A stretch of DNA of 64,000 bases, from assembly GCA_050273025.1 (NCBI GenBank), contig CP158636.1:10602001-10666000 (forward strand), written 5' to 3'. This document shows, piece by piece, positions 14,242-27,873 of this stretch; positions within the stretch are counted from its first letter, which is position 1; the number at the start of each line of letters is the position of its first letter. The translations under genes and the position numbers were made by a program. The stretch comes from Cenococcum geophilum. Its lineage: Eukaryota. The notes under the pieces were generated by a model. That model did not search any database, was not told where the DNA came from, and saw only the letters and a list, made by a program, of their open reading frames with translations.

Positions 14242-16764
14242 ATGGTTGAACTCACGGTCGGCTTGGTGGCCGGCATTATAAATGTTGCTGTTTTGATTCG
14301 CGAGTACGCACACTGTTTGAAGCATCTTAAGCGCTGACTACGATATAGCACAATTCACACTTCCTCTTGCTTTGGTAGTTGTGCTTGTTGGGGTGCTCGG
14401 CGATTCTAATAATGCTATTACGTGGTAAATACTGCTGCTGTCTTTCAATCCTTAGCCAATGACGAACTGCCCTTTAGGTCAGTTGTGGGTGGTTACCTGC
14501 ATGGCTCGTCGTGGAAATCGATTTTACGTGCCGATACGGCGGCGACCTCAAACGTGAGCAAGAAAGTGATCGTGCTATCGACCCTTTCTACTCTGGGTTT
14601 GATTCTCCTTACTGGTGTCAGCATTGTCACACCTATCGGGTTATACAGTACCGTCTCGAGAGGCGCGGATGCTGTTGTTGACTTCAGATATATTCGTGAC
14701 ACCTCCCCAATCGGTCTTGGAAGCTCGTCTAGAGAGAATTACAAGGCTGATCGGCTTTGTGGATTCCTTTCTCCTCTAAATTGTCCCGGTCAGGCACATG
14801 GGTGGGTATTCTGGGGTAACGACACGACTGGACTTGGGAAGAACCTCAGAGGATGCCTATATTTCCTCGGTCATTCCTCAGAATATCACCGATATATTCT
14901 CTAGTGGGTCTACCGGCGACAGAAGTTATGTTGCTGGAGCCTTCGATATCCAATACCGGTCGTACATAATGGCTGCTGACAATATGAGCTCGGCCCCTGG
15001 GGGTTTCCCGGTAACTGATGAAGAAAGAAAACAGACCCAATCAGCCTTTAAAACATATCAGAGCTTCATCTTGAACGACGCCTTTGACATAGTTGAGGGT
15101 ATGATAGTCAACTCAAAGACTGGTGGTGTAGGACTTCGAAACCATACTGTACCAATGGATCCAGGCAAGGGGATGGAGTGGACAGAGGGCCTGCTCTGGA
15201 TCGAGCCTGAGACGACTTGCATTTCTGCCAACTTGACGATCCACTACACCCTTGCCAACGGAAACAATATCCAGGATTTCTTCTTGATGGACAGGGGTGG
15301 ATTCGTGAACATGACTCATGATTATCCATTTATTAACTTCAGCGATCCACAGGCTAGACCTGAGCTGTATGCTAGAGCGTATAGAGGGGCAGTCTTGAAC
15401 AATCACAATCTTATGATGCTCTTCAACGAGACGCGAAATAAAACCAAACTAGGCAAGACCTACCAATTCGATGCTGACGCCATCTCGCTCCAGCCGAACC
15501 AGGTGGTCATTGGGTCGTTTCCTGCCGAAACCCCTTTCATTCCGGGGTTTTTCTTAAACAACCTTTCTGATTCAAACCTCACTGACACTAACTATGTTAC
15601 GAGTAAGTTGCGGGAACTCAAGACGTGTAGCGCCACTGATGTAAGGTAGGCATATTAAGTCGTGGATATGGAGGCGGGGATTTCGCCAACATCTCAAATA
15701 TTGCAGTTGAAACAGGCCTTGTGATGGGCGTGAGCAGTCGACAGGACGGAGGGAGCCGGGACCCACGGTCGAATTGGAGCGCACCTATTTATTCCTGCGC
15801 GACAGCAATGAAAGCCTACATTATGGACGTTTCGTTCTTGTTCAATGGCAGGAAAGGCCTTGCTAGCCTTGAAGTCACCAAAGCGGAGCCTCGAATTTAT
15901 AAGTCAAACGCAACAACGCCATTATGGGCTGTTGAAAACACGGGCATGCAGATCAAGGATGTCTCTCCATTCTGGGCTCTGGTAGACGACAAATATGAGC
16001 ACTCACCAAATATGTGGACCTTACGTAGAGACCATCTCTACCTGCCAGCGGGCTCGGGGTTCTGGGGCTCTATGTATATGGGGGTTGACTCTTCTCCCGC
16101 TGCAGCGCCCGGAACCGTACTTGCAATGCTTTATGAGGACGCTGCACCGCACTCTAGCATATCACCGGACGCCCTACTGGACTACGGGGGCAGTACCAAC
16201 TATCCATTGTATCTGCGGTGGCAAAAGATGTCGCAGAATCCGGTAACCTCTCAGACGATATTAAATCTCATCTGGACTGACATTATGGCCAATTTTGTCA
16301 TGGGCGCCAGGCCAACGATCGGCGGTGCAGATGATGTAGGGAGCACAACCGCTAAGGTTCGAGTGCGCCAACTCCGCGACACCATCAAATATGATATGCG
16401 TTACGCTATTCCGGGAATCGCATTCTTAACCATTTACATTCTCGCCCTCGTATTAGCCTTGATCTACTTGCTACTCGGTAAAGCGCGTCTCCAGCAGTTA
16501 AAGGTGCTCCTGAATCAGACTTCAATTGGAAGGGCGGTGTCAGTCGAGAGGTATAAAGGAGCCAGCGGTATCGCGACAAGCAGTACAAAGGAATGGGTTC
16601 TGAAATACGGCGATGACGATATTGGAATCCGAAAGAATATTGCGCAAGCCGATACTCCACAGGATAATGTGATGATTAGGACACCGGCGGTGTGCAAGCC
16701 ACTAATGCAGCAAGGCTCGCCCGAAGATTCTGAAAGGCTGTCAGATGAGACGCCGCGAGTGTAA
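14242..16764 (+). CDS. Uncharacterised fungal membrane glycoprotein with an apparent internal frameshift
   Basis: Hydrophobic N-terminus MVELTVGLVAGII.., several TM segments, many N-x-S/T sites, C-terminal TM (YAIPGIAFL..). Coding frame switches near 14820-14850. Confidence 0.7.
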
Positions 16765-17389
16765 TGCCCTGGTTGTTTTGTGGACGGTGAGCGAAAGGAG
16801 CTGCTATCGAAATCGTTTAGATCAAAGCACGAGGGAGGATGCCAGGCTCCTTCTTTTGCTAAACTCTAGATTGGACTGGATTGAATTGATTGTCCACCCT
16901 GCCGACTCTTGGTGAGTCTTAGAATACTATATTACACTAGGCTAAGAGTTCTTTGCACAATACCTCTAGACGTCCTCATAGATTTATCTACTACGAGTCT
17001 ACTAGAACTTTAAACTACAAATGCCATGCGCCAAAACGAGGTCATACTCGAAACCCCTTAATAACTGTCAGTAGCCTTCGACATGTTACCACAACAATGC
17101 TTGTAGGCAGGGGCATGAGGTGGGGTCGAAGTTGATATAGGGAGGTAGTTGCTAATGAGAATGTGAGAATGTTTCCTGCAGCGTTGGTGCAAATGGAGAC
17201 GAAGTAGGCTAAGGATATTTACCAGTGATATCTAACGGTAATTAAAGTACTCCGTAACTTGGTACTACAGTAGATATTGCCACCACTAGTAGGGAGGCCG
17301 GGCCGGCCACCTCACTGCTAGCGCAAACTGCAGAAAGCGTCAGGTGAAATGCGCACCTAAACTGACTTTCAATCGGTCCTCAAGCTGAC

Positions 17390-17678
17390 TAACTACAACG
17401 GCTTAAAATACTACTAAAAGTTCATCGATTAGAGGGGCGACCCAATATTTTATAAATATTAGGTCTAAATTAGCCCATAACTGCCTAAAGTTAAGATTTT
17501 TTTACTGAAAAAAAAAACGATTATTAAGGATTATAGAAATAGCTATAACGTCGTAACGGGTATATATATAAGGCCTAAAAATTCATTAATTATAGAGCTC
17601 GTTCTTGCGATTATTTTAAGCCTATATATAGCCCTAGACCTTATATAGGTAGCTTTAACAATTTCGTTAAAGATTATA
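17390..17678. repeat. ~290-bp TE-derived repeat, inverted copy of 55527-55813
   Basis: Reverse complement aligns throughout; differences are mostly C>T/G>A. Confidence 0.85.
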
Positions 17679-18024
17679 ATAAAGTCTGGAAAGGTCACTC
17701 AGACCATAGAATCAACTTTTTCACAAAAAGGTTTGCGATATCCACTAATTGATTCTACGGTCTGACTTGCTGAGGTAGTTCTCACTGCTGCAGCGAGCAA
17801 TCCAGGTATCAGCCATTCCCGCCTTCCGCCTCGACCCAGTCCTTTCATCTCCAGCCCAGCTTTTGGAAAACTCTATGTCGTTTTGAAAGCTTTGTGGGCC
17901 CTGGAGTAATAGATTGCGCGGTGTCTTGAGACATGGATAGCGATTGCGTGCGATCACCTCTTAGGGTGCATTGCTCTTGCCTCCTGAGTCCTGAAGCCTG
18001 TAACGTGTAGCTGTTGAAGCGAAG

Positions 18025-18262
18025 AGTAACGGTCCAAACATGCTTGAGTAGTCGGATGATCCAGTCCAAGTTTTCCTTGATAGTCAACGCACGCTCTCTA
18101 GTAGAGTGGTTAAGCATCTTCATACTGCTGCCGCTGGTGTAATAAGTACGCAAGGCAATAGACGCTCGCCGGCGTGGAGGGATGCTCTTTCCCAGCGCCT
18201 TCTCCCTCCCCTCCAGCGCTCGCCGGTTCATGTCCACTGCCTGCTCGTACTTCCCCTGTAGC
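18025..18262 (-). pseudogene. Kinesin-light-chain-type TPR remnant (C-terminus typical of NLR-like proteins)
   Basis: QGKYEQAVDMNRRALEGREKALGK/EHPSTPASVYCLAYLLHQRQQYEDA*PLY*RACVDYQGKLGLDHPTTQAC, with a 1-nt frameshift and two stops. Confidence 0.8.
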
Positions 18263-18973
18263 AGGCTGGCTTTCCATTCTCTTATCGTCCATCTTATCGA
18301 TATAGATTACAAATATTATCCATACTTCCTCACCGCTAGAAAAATTCTCAGCTTTTACCTTCCCTTTACCCTATCGTACAAATATAGATTCTAAAGCAGA
18401 ATCATCTCTTCTTGCGCCTTTAACTACCATTAATTCGGCCTTAACTTGCCCAACAAGGGCCCGAACAGCCGTTGCAACATAGCCATGCTCATACGGCGCT
18501 TGGCACGGAGCCAGAATATTTAGGTTAAAATCGTATTCTCTACTACATTCACTATCCACAAGAATTGCTATATAGTAGCCCAGTTACTAGTAATTTTTAA
18601 AAGCATCTTAATTCGAAACATCTACTTTAGGTTAAAAAAGATACTAGCCTAATACAATTAGAGATACTTAAAAAACTTTAGTAACTATATATTAAAGCAG
18701 AGTCTTTAGGTTAAATAACAGAAATAAATACCTAGGTCTTTTAAAAATGACTAGATTAGGATATAATTAATAAGGCTTTAATCTTATTAATTATTATATA
18801 AAACATTCTATTCCGTATTATTAAATAGCCTAAATTTTATACTTTTTACTAAGTTCTTAATCTAGAATTGTCCAACTTTCTTATAATAGCATACTCTTAA
18901 ATTATAAAGGGGATTAAACTATCCTGGTAAGCTTATAAAGATATTATATAAAAGAAACTTCAGTTAGTAATAT

Positions 18974-19190
18974 TGTTAGCGACTTAGTTAATCAAGGCAT
19001 AGGCACGGTAAAGGGGACGCGCAAGCCTATACAATTGGATTGTCTATAAACAAGAATCTAAAGCTAGGGAAGGAAAAGGAGAAGAAGAGTAGTGCTGTTC
19101 GATATTCTATAAGATCTTCGCGTCATATGACCGCAATATGCGGCAATCTGTAGCAACTTGCCGGTGTAAAGTTCTGCCAGTGCCGTAACA
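18974..19190 (-). repeat. Gypsy 3' LTR (217 bp, TG..CA)
   Basis: TGTTAGCG..CCGTAACA followed by ttaccccccc (reverse-strand PPT); second copy at 62322-62538. Confidence 0.9.
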
Positions 19191-21764
19191 TTACCCCCCC
19201 CTCTAAAAAAGCCTACCCTTAGGCTTTGTCGCTAAAAGTCTTAATAAGAGGATCTAACTAATTAGACAACTTTAACCGCTAGTTAAAGTTCCTAGATATC
19301 TTAAGACCTTATATAACTAAGAAATTTCTAAGGTGTTTTTGTCCTTATATTCTTTTAGTAGCTTATTATCTTTATTATATTAGTATTCTATCCACTTATC
19401 TAGGTACTTTAGCGGTCTAGGTTTATTAGGGTAACGGCTATAAAACTTTTAAAGCTTATAGGGACTACCTATAAAGTTCTATATAGGGTACTAAGTAGGG
19501 TTTAAGTTATATTTTTTCTAACTAATATAATACTTTAACGTTCCCTTTATAAGTTTATAGGCTAGTATTTCTTTAATTTCCTATTTATTATTGCTATTAA
19601 CTTAAATTAGTAAAGGAGGTTTATTCTTTTATCTAGGTAGTAGGTTATTTATAGCTTTTTATAGCTTATCCAGTAAGAAAATAGGGTAAACTTTAATTAA
19701 GTTTAGGAGCTTAACCTTATATAAGTTACCTACTTTATTAAAAATCTTATACGGTCCTACTATATTATAGTCTAGCTTACGGCTAGGCCGTTTTATCTTC
19801 TAGTTCTTTATTATAACCTAGACTATATTACCTATAGTAAAGTTAGGCTCGCGCCTATACTTATTCGCCTACTATTTTATTAATTTCTAGGCCTTTTCTA
19901 GGTTTATATAGGCTACTTTTTAGGCTTCTTCTAAGCGCTTAGCGTACTGCTAGGCTTCCTTATAAGATAGTTTTTCATATATAGTTTAAGGCCCTTTTAG
20001 TCTTTCCTAGTTAAAGCTTATATAGGGTAGGTAACCTATTTCTAGTTAAATAGGGGCAAATCTGGTAGAGTTATAGGGTAGGGTCGCTTAGGCGTAGTTT
20101 ATTAAAGGTAACAGTTTAGTCTAGTTATCCTAGAAGTAGTTAATAAAAGGCCGGAGTCTCTAGTCTAAGTATTAATTTATAATTTCTGTTTAACCGTCTA
20201 TTTAGGGGTAATATGCTATAAAAAGCTTTAGCTTAATACCTAGGATTTGGGTAAACTTATTCTAAAAGGCTAATATAAACTGCGGCCTATAGTTAGATAT
20301 AATAGTATCTAGTAGTTTATAAATTTGGTAGACATAGTAGATATATAATTAGGCCGCCTCTTTAGCATTAATATTTTTATAATAGGGAATTAAGAATAGG
20401 CGCTTACTAAAGCAGTTAACTAGGATTATAACTATATTATATCCGTTATAGTCTAAAGGTAGTTTATAAAAGTCTATAGAGATATATTACTAGGGGCGGT
20501 TAGGTATTAGGAGGGGTTTTAATAGTTCTAGGGTCTTATTTTATAGAATTGTAGACCTATAATAGTTATTGCAGTTCTATATATAGCGGTTAATATCTAT
20601 AATTATTCTGAGCTAGTAATAGCGGTTACTAATAATCCTATAGGTCTTATTTTTTTAGGGTAGGCTGTAGAGACCTAGGTATGTGCTTAGTAATAAGCTA
20701 AGTCCATAAGTTCTGTTTCTCTACTACCACTAGCTATTCGTGGTACTTAAGTAGTCTACTTTTAAGGGACTATAGGCTAGAAATATTCTTTACCTTTTTG
20801 CGGTACTCCTATAGAAAAGGGGCCGTATAGTTTACCTATAGTAGTTTATTAATAAGGTCTAGTTCTATAGAGTTAATGGGGTATATCTTAATATCTAAAG
20901 AGTCTATATTTAGTTCTGCCTATATCTAGGAGTTAAGGTGCTCTGGTTATAGTAGCACTTAAGTTTATAATAAGATCTTTACAGCTGTCTAGTTATTTAT
21001 ATCCTATTTATGCCTTATAAAAGCGTCTACATAGTTAGTGGCGCTTAGCTTATATATAATTAGGAAGTTAAACTAAGATAGGGTATCCGCCTAGCGCGCC
21101 TATTAGGCTATAAGGGCCTTTATTATTATAAAATATTCTAAGGCCTTATAATTAGAAACTACCTAGATAGACTTAGGGGTATCTTCTAGTTAGGCTCGCT
21201 AGTGCTAAAAGCTAAAGATAATAGCCAGCATTTCTTTATTATAAATTGGGTAGTTTAGCTTAGCATCTACTATAGTCTTTAAATAGTAAATAATAGGGTG
21301 CTATTCTCCGTCTATCTACTTCTAGAAGTAAACGCTAGCTATAATACTATCTAAGGTATCGGTTTCTAGCATTAAGGGCCGGTCCTTATAGGTAAGTAGG
21401 CTTAGTAGCTGGGTAATCCTACTATAGTTTTTAATAAAGCGTTAGTAGAAGTTATAGAACCCTAAGAATAACTATACCTCCTTTATAGTCCTTAGGGGTA
21501 TCTATTAGTTAATTACAGCCGTCTTTTCTAGATTTACTTTAATTCCGTTTATACTAATAATAAACCCTAAGTACTTTATACGCTTAATACTAAATTCTAA
21601 CTTTTTAATATTAGCTTAGAGGCTAGCTTCTTAAAGCCGTTATAGGACTTTATAGATATACTCTTTATATTCTAGTTTATTTTTAAAGTAAATTATAATA
21701 TTATCTAGGTATGCTATATAGAAGTTATTAAGGTAGTTAAATAGTATATTATTTATATATTATT

Positions 21765-24700
21765 TATTAGTTATATAAGGGGGATATTATATAGCTACGG
21801 TTCGTAGATAGTATAATAATTGTTCTATGTTCTTCTTAAAGAAAGGGGTAAGAAACTTAAGGTTCCTTACCACGCTAGTGCCGCGGCGGCATATAATGGC
21901 AACTTACCGCATATAACAGCAACTTACTACACGTAATAGCAATATGCCTTATATAGTAACCATTTGCCTTTATTCCCAATACTAGCAACTCTTCTTTTAT
22001 AGTTACTATCTATATATATATACCGCTTAACTAGCGGAACAAAAATCAATCCTCCTTACTTACTATTACTATTATAATATAAGTCTCACTATCCCAAAAT
22101 TTGCCTCTTAGCACGTAGTGCTTTCTTACTTATAAGTTATAGGTAGGTATCTTATTAGTAGGGCTGCTAAGGCGCTAGTAATAAGCAAGCTAATAGCGAT
22201 TTTCTATCCTGGGGATAGAAAATCCTAATTAGCTGGTTTAAGTTAGGGTCTATAGAATCTAACTAATTAGATAACTTTAACCGCTAGTTAAAGTTCCTAA
22301 ATATCTTAAGACCTTACGTAACTAAAAAATTTTTAGGGACTCCCTTTTAACCTAACCTTTAACTTATATATGTAGAGTATTTATATTAATAAACGTCTCT
22401 AGTGCCTTATTTAGGTTTGCCTTCGTTATTATATCTACTAGGTTATCTTAGCCATTAATCTATTAAATCTTAAAGAGTTCTTAACGCTTATAGAATTACT
22501 AAAGTGCTATAATATTAATTATAAGGCGCTTCTTCTTTATAGTACTAAGCTTAACTAAATACTTATAGAGGGAAAATAAATCGGTGCATACGATTATAGG
22601 GATAATAGGAAGTTTAAGTTAATTTATAATTATCTTTAGAGTAGTTCCAATTGTAATTACTATATTAACTCCGCTAACTATTCTATATATCTCTAACACT
22701 AAAACACTTTAGGTAACGCGTTTACTCTTAGTTAAGCTCTAATAAATAAGATTACTATAGATTATAAAGTTATTCTCTCTAGTAAATTTATTTATAATAA
22801 TAATCTTATATTCTAACTAAAAGCTAAAATCTTTATTATTTATAAACAATCTATTAATAAATATAAAGAGCTTAGCAGTGGGAAGATTAACTAGCGCGTA
22901 GTATAGTCCCCGGTTAAGATAGTTTATTTACTAAAAAAGATATTTATTTAGGGTAAAAACGTTATCCTTAGTTAGTTTCTAGTATTAGGCGGTAACAGAG
23001 AGATTAAATAAAGCCTTAGGTTAATAAATAGAAGTAATATAAGCTCCGTAAGCACGTTACTCCATATATCCTTACTTTAGAGAATTAACATTAATAACGT
23101 TAATTTTCTTGCCTTAACCCTTCTGGCGTAAAGTAATAAAATTCTTATTTAGGGAGAGGATGCATCCATTAAAGAGTAATAGTGTTATTAAGTTAAGCTT
23201 TTCCTTTAGCTTTACTATAAGATTTACCTTTACTAGCTTATCCTCTTTAAGAGCTAAAAATTAGTCGTCTCCTAAGATAATTGTATTATTAGTTTATATA
23301 CTAATAATTCTAAATAGGGTTTCTATAGTTATAATAAGGAAGTAGGGATTAAATATAGAAGTAGTTATTAAAAGCTTTTCTTTATAGTGCTTACTATAGG
23401 TAGCCTACTAGTAAGTTCCTGCCTCTGTAATTTTATATAATAGCTTAAGCATAACTATAATCGTATCTTTAGGATACTGGTGGTAAATTTGCTCCGGAAG
23501 GTATGCTAATATTAAGTACTAAAGGTACATCTCTAATTAGGTGTAGGCTTAAGTAATATCTTATAAATAAACTGCTATTCTATTCTTTATTAAGAAGGGA
23601 GCTAATATAATAATAACTCGCTAACTAGCTTGTTAAATTATAGGAGATTATATAAGAATTATCTCTTTACTATTATTATTATAACCTTAAATAATAAGCC
23701 TTAATTTCTTAAATAGGGCGTTAGTAGCTTTACCCTTAATCTTATTAACTATTCTTAACTTAAAAATGCGAACTTTATTAAACTTAGTAGGGTTATATTT
23801 CTTAAATTTAAAAACTCCTCTTATAATAAGACCGTTAATCTCCTACTTATCGGATGCTTAGAAAGGAGCTCCTAAGGTTATAATATAACCTTCCTTTTAG
23901 AGCTGTTTTGCAAGCTTAAAGTTAGCCTTCTCTTTAGCTATTATAAAGGCCATTAATAACTTAACTTTATTCTTAATAGCGGCAATAAATTATTCTTTAA
24001 AATTAATAAGGTGTTAGCAATTTTGTAATCCCTTTAGGCAACCTCTACCGCGTTATAGTTATAGCGCATCTACTATAATTATATCAGGATTATAGTCGCC
24101 TTTTAGAGTATATTAATTATAGTTCTCTTTTAGGGCATCTTCTAGGGTATCCTATAAAGGTTTAGAATTGTTATCTTTATAGTAAAACTTAATAATAGTT
24201 AAACGGAATTAAGTAGGTTTATAAGGCATCTAAATAGTATAAGTTTAACTATTAATTATAATAAGTTAATATAGGCCTAACTATTTTCCCCTTTTACGCT
24301 ATATATATACTTTAGACTAAAGCGGCAGATTAAGCGTAGTTAAGGTATTTAGGCCATTTCTTATTCCTAGTATATTATTAACCTAGCGTATAGTATAGAG
24401 GCGTTACACCTCCTTTATTACCTTATAAATTGCCTTAACTTATTATATAATAGAGGGAGATAGTAAAGAATTATTAGTTATTTATAGGTAGGCGCTAAAG
24501 ACTAGTAATATAGGTATAAGTCTATTTAGGCTAGCGGAATTATTAATAGCTTTAACAGCTATTTATAAGGTAAGTTTTTTACTAGCGTCCTTTAGTTTTA
24601 AAGAGATAATCTTATATATATGGCATAATAGTATATAATATTGCTTTACTTTTTTAATACTATTATATACCTTAATAGGGACTTCCTTAACCTTAATTAT

Positions 24701-27700
24701 TATTACCTTTATTTATTATCGGAACTCTATAGATAAAAAGTTCTTTCCTATATTATAGACGATTTAATTAGGGGGTCCTAGGTAGATATTAATCTAGTAT
24801 AACTAAAGAGTATCCTATACGTTCCTAGCTAATATATCCTTTAAAAATCGTGCGGCTTAAAAAGAGGTTAAGAAGTTAATAACTTAGAATACTAGCTTAC
24901 CGCTAAAATATATAACGTTAACAATAATATAGAAGTTAAAGTCGTAGTTATCTTTAAGGGTAAATTTAAATCGGCTAGGGGACCTCTAGTTTATTTAGTA
25001 GTAGTAGTAATATTTTATAAAATGCTTAATTACCTTAACCTTAACTTTATAGCCTACTTACTAAAGAACCCTAAGCAATTAATAAACGGATAAGTAGCTA
25101 AAACAATGGTATAGTTGGCGTAATTCTAACTTAGTTAAGTAGCTCTAAGTAATACTCTTTTCTAGTTAATAAAGGAGTAACTAGGGGTAACCCTACTTAT
25201 GTATAATAGGCACCCAATTATCTCCCTAAATAAGTATATTCTTAAGGTTATTAAGCCTAACGCCTAATTTATTTATATCTTTAATGTAAAATAGAAATAG
25301 AGTGTTTATAGGAATAATATAAAAAGTAATATACCCTAAGGGGGTTTAAACCCTAATTATGCCGAGAGAGATTATAGTACCTTTGCTAAAACAAATTGTG
25401 TATTAGCCTACTATTAAATAGTTAATCTAAATAGAGCTATTAAGCTACTAAAGGGCTTAAACTTAAGGTTCTCCTACTATAGATACTTTTATAGCTCTAG
25501 TATCCGGTATAATACTATAGAAGATATTTACTAAGTATTTATTATTAAAGGAAAATGCGGAGCTCTCCTTTAGCTTATTAAAGATATCTAACTTTATAAT
25601 AAAATAGAGCATAGATTAGTTATTAAGAACAGCAATAGTTTATATACTATTTACCTTACTATACTTAGTAAAGTATTAGTTAGGTAAGTAGTCCTCAATT
25701 TCTATATCTATAAGGAGCTGTTTAGTCTTATTAACCTTACCCTTAAGGTCTTTTACGCCTTTATATTAAACTAAAAAGCTTTAAAAGTAGGTTATAGTAA
25801 CCTTATAATTTCTAATATTTCTTATACTTTAACAGAACTTATTATATGCCTCTTTTCGCTTATTAAAGGAGTGTCTAGTTAACTAGTAATTTAGCTTCTT
25901 ATAAACGTAGTACTTCTTTTAATAATTACTTTAAAATAAACCTCTACCGGGACCTCTACGGTTGCCTTATAGTTAATATTAATTATACCCTCTTCCGTAT
26001 TCCCTACTACAGCTATTATATATTTAATTAGTCTAGTTATAATTATATTAGTTAGGAATACTTAGTTAGGTAGAGTTTTCGGTATAAAACTATTAAGATT
26101 CTTATATTTATATTATAGTATCTATAGCGGAGTATAGCTTAGTATATACTCCTTTAAATATATTTATAGGTTTATATAGCGCTAAGTTACACTTAGGAAC
26201 GCTATAGTATGCTAAAATAACCTAGTCCCTTAGGCTGTTCTTATTTTAGTAAGTTTTAATAAGGCTATATTAGATTTTCTAAAGTTTATTAAAGAGTAGT
26301 TAAAGGCACTCTAAATAAGTCTTTATTAGGTTAGAAGTAATAACTCTTTAGAATATAGTCTTTTACTATTTAGACATATAAAGCTAGCGATTTTTATTAG
26401 TTTTAAAGTGGGCTCTAGTAAGCTAAAGTATTATATTAAAGCTATAGTTTTTACCCGTAATATAGTTATAATAGAATATTACTACCCGTCCCTTTAATAT
26501 AATAGAGAAAGCGTAGTAGTACTAATAGCGTTAAATTTTAACCTTATTATAATAGTTATAGAAAACCTATAGTTTTACTCTAAGTATATTATATAGTTCT
26601 CCTCTAAACTTCTTTTCTTTATCTAAATATACCTTTATTAGATTCGTAACTTCTTATAGTAAAGGCTTACTAGTTAGCTAGAGTGGAGGAGGTAAAGGCA
26701 GAGTAACTCTAAGTAAAAGGGCACCTCTAGGTAGGAGAGTAGCTTTAGGTAGGGGGTTAGCGTTCTAGGGGTTTTAATATAAATTAAAGTTGCCTTCTAA
26801 AGAATATGGGTTGTTTTTAGGTTTCTATAGTTAACGTATAATCTTAGCTTCCGTCTATATTAGTTCTTTTATACTAGTAATAACGGCCTAAATATTACTA
26901 GTAATTAGGTTACCGTTCTTAGTAATATATACCCTATTCCTATAAAGAAAGTCTTAAAAATCCTAAATAATATTAACGTTGCTAAGTACCTAGGTATTAG
27001 CAGTCTATCCTATAAAATCCTCCTTAAAATACTCCTATAGTTATAAATTAGTGTAGTATCTATTTTAGTAGAATATAATATAGTATAAAAGAAAGCCGTT
27101 AACTTATTTTATAGTATAAGTTATTATATTAAAGGCGAATTTATCCTAATCTTTATTAATAAGTTTTATATACTTAGCTACCCCTAGTAGTAAGGAGTCT
27201 TTCCAGTTATTTAAAGTAGGCGTAGCCATGTTTTTAGAGGGAGGGAAGTATTATTAGTATAGGGATTATCATTTAGTACGCGTTTATTATTTAATACGCA
27301 TTTAGATGTATATTTACGATTATAGGGCTTAGGACTAGTTCTAGCCTTAAATCGCGAAGACTTATAAAGTATATTATTCTGCGTAATAGATATAAGAATC
27401 TATAATCTTAGAAAGGCTTAGGACTAGTTCTAGCCTTTTAGATCCTTAGATTTATAAAAGAGTTCTATTTAAGGTTTAGGACCAGTTCTAACCTTAAAAG
27501 ACAGCTTCCTCTAGTACGAGTAGTACTAGTATAGTAGCTCGTTTCTTCTTAGTAGAATACCTAGCTGCTCTATAGTATAACAGTAAAGTTAACTACTAAT
27601 TAGTATTAGTTATATAAGGGGGATATTATATAGCTACGGTTTGTAGATAGTATAATAATTATTCTATATTCTTTTTAAAGAAAGGGGTAAGGAACTTAAG

Positions 27701-27820
27701 GTTCCTTACTACGCTAGTGCCGCGGCGGCACGTAATGGCAACTTGCCGTATATAACGGCAACTTACTATACGTGACGGCAATATACCTTATATAGTGACC
27801 ATTTACCTTTATTCCTAACA
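21765..27820 (-). mobile_element. Full-length Ty1/Copia (GalEa-type) element 1, RIP-inactivated
   Basis: LTRs 21765-21981 and 27604-27820; TSD TTATT/TTGTT (one RIP-type change); aligns to the reverse complement of element 2. Confidence 0.92.
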
Positions 27821-27873
27821 TTGTTAGTATATAGCTAGTCCGTTAGTTAGTCTAAAAGGTAGTACTTTATACT

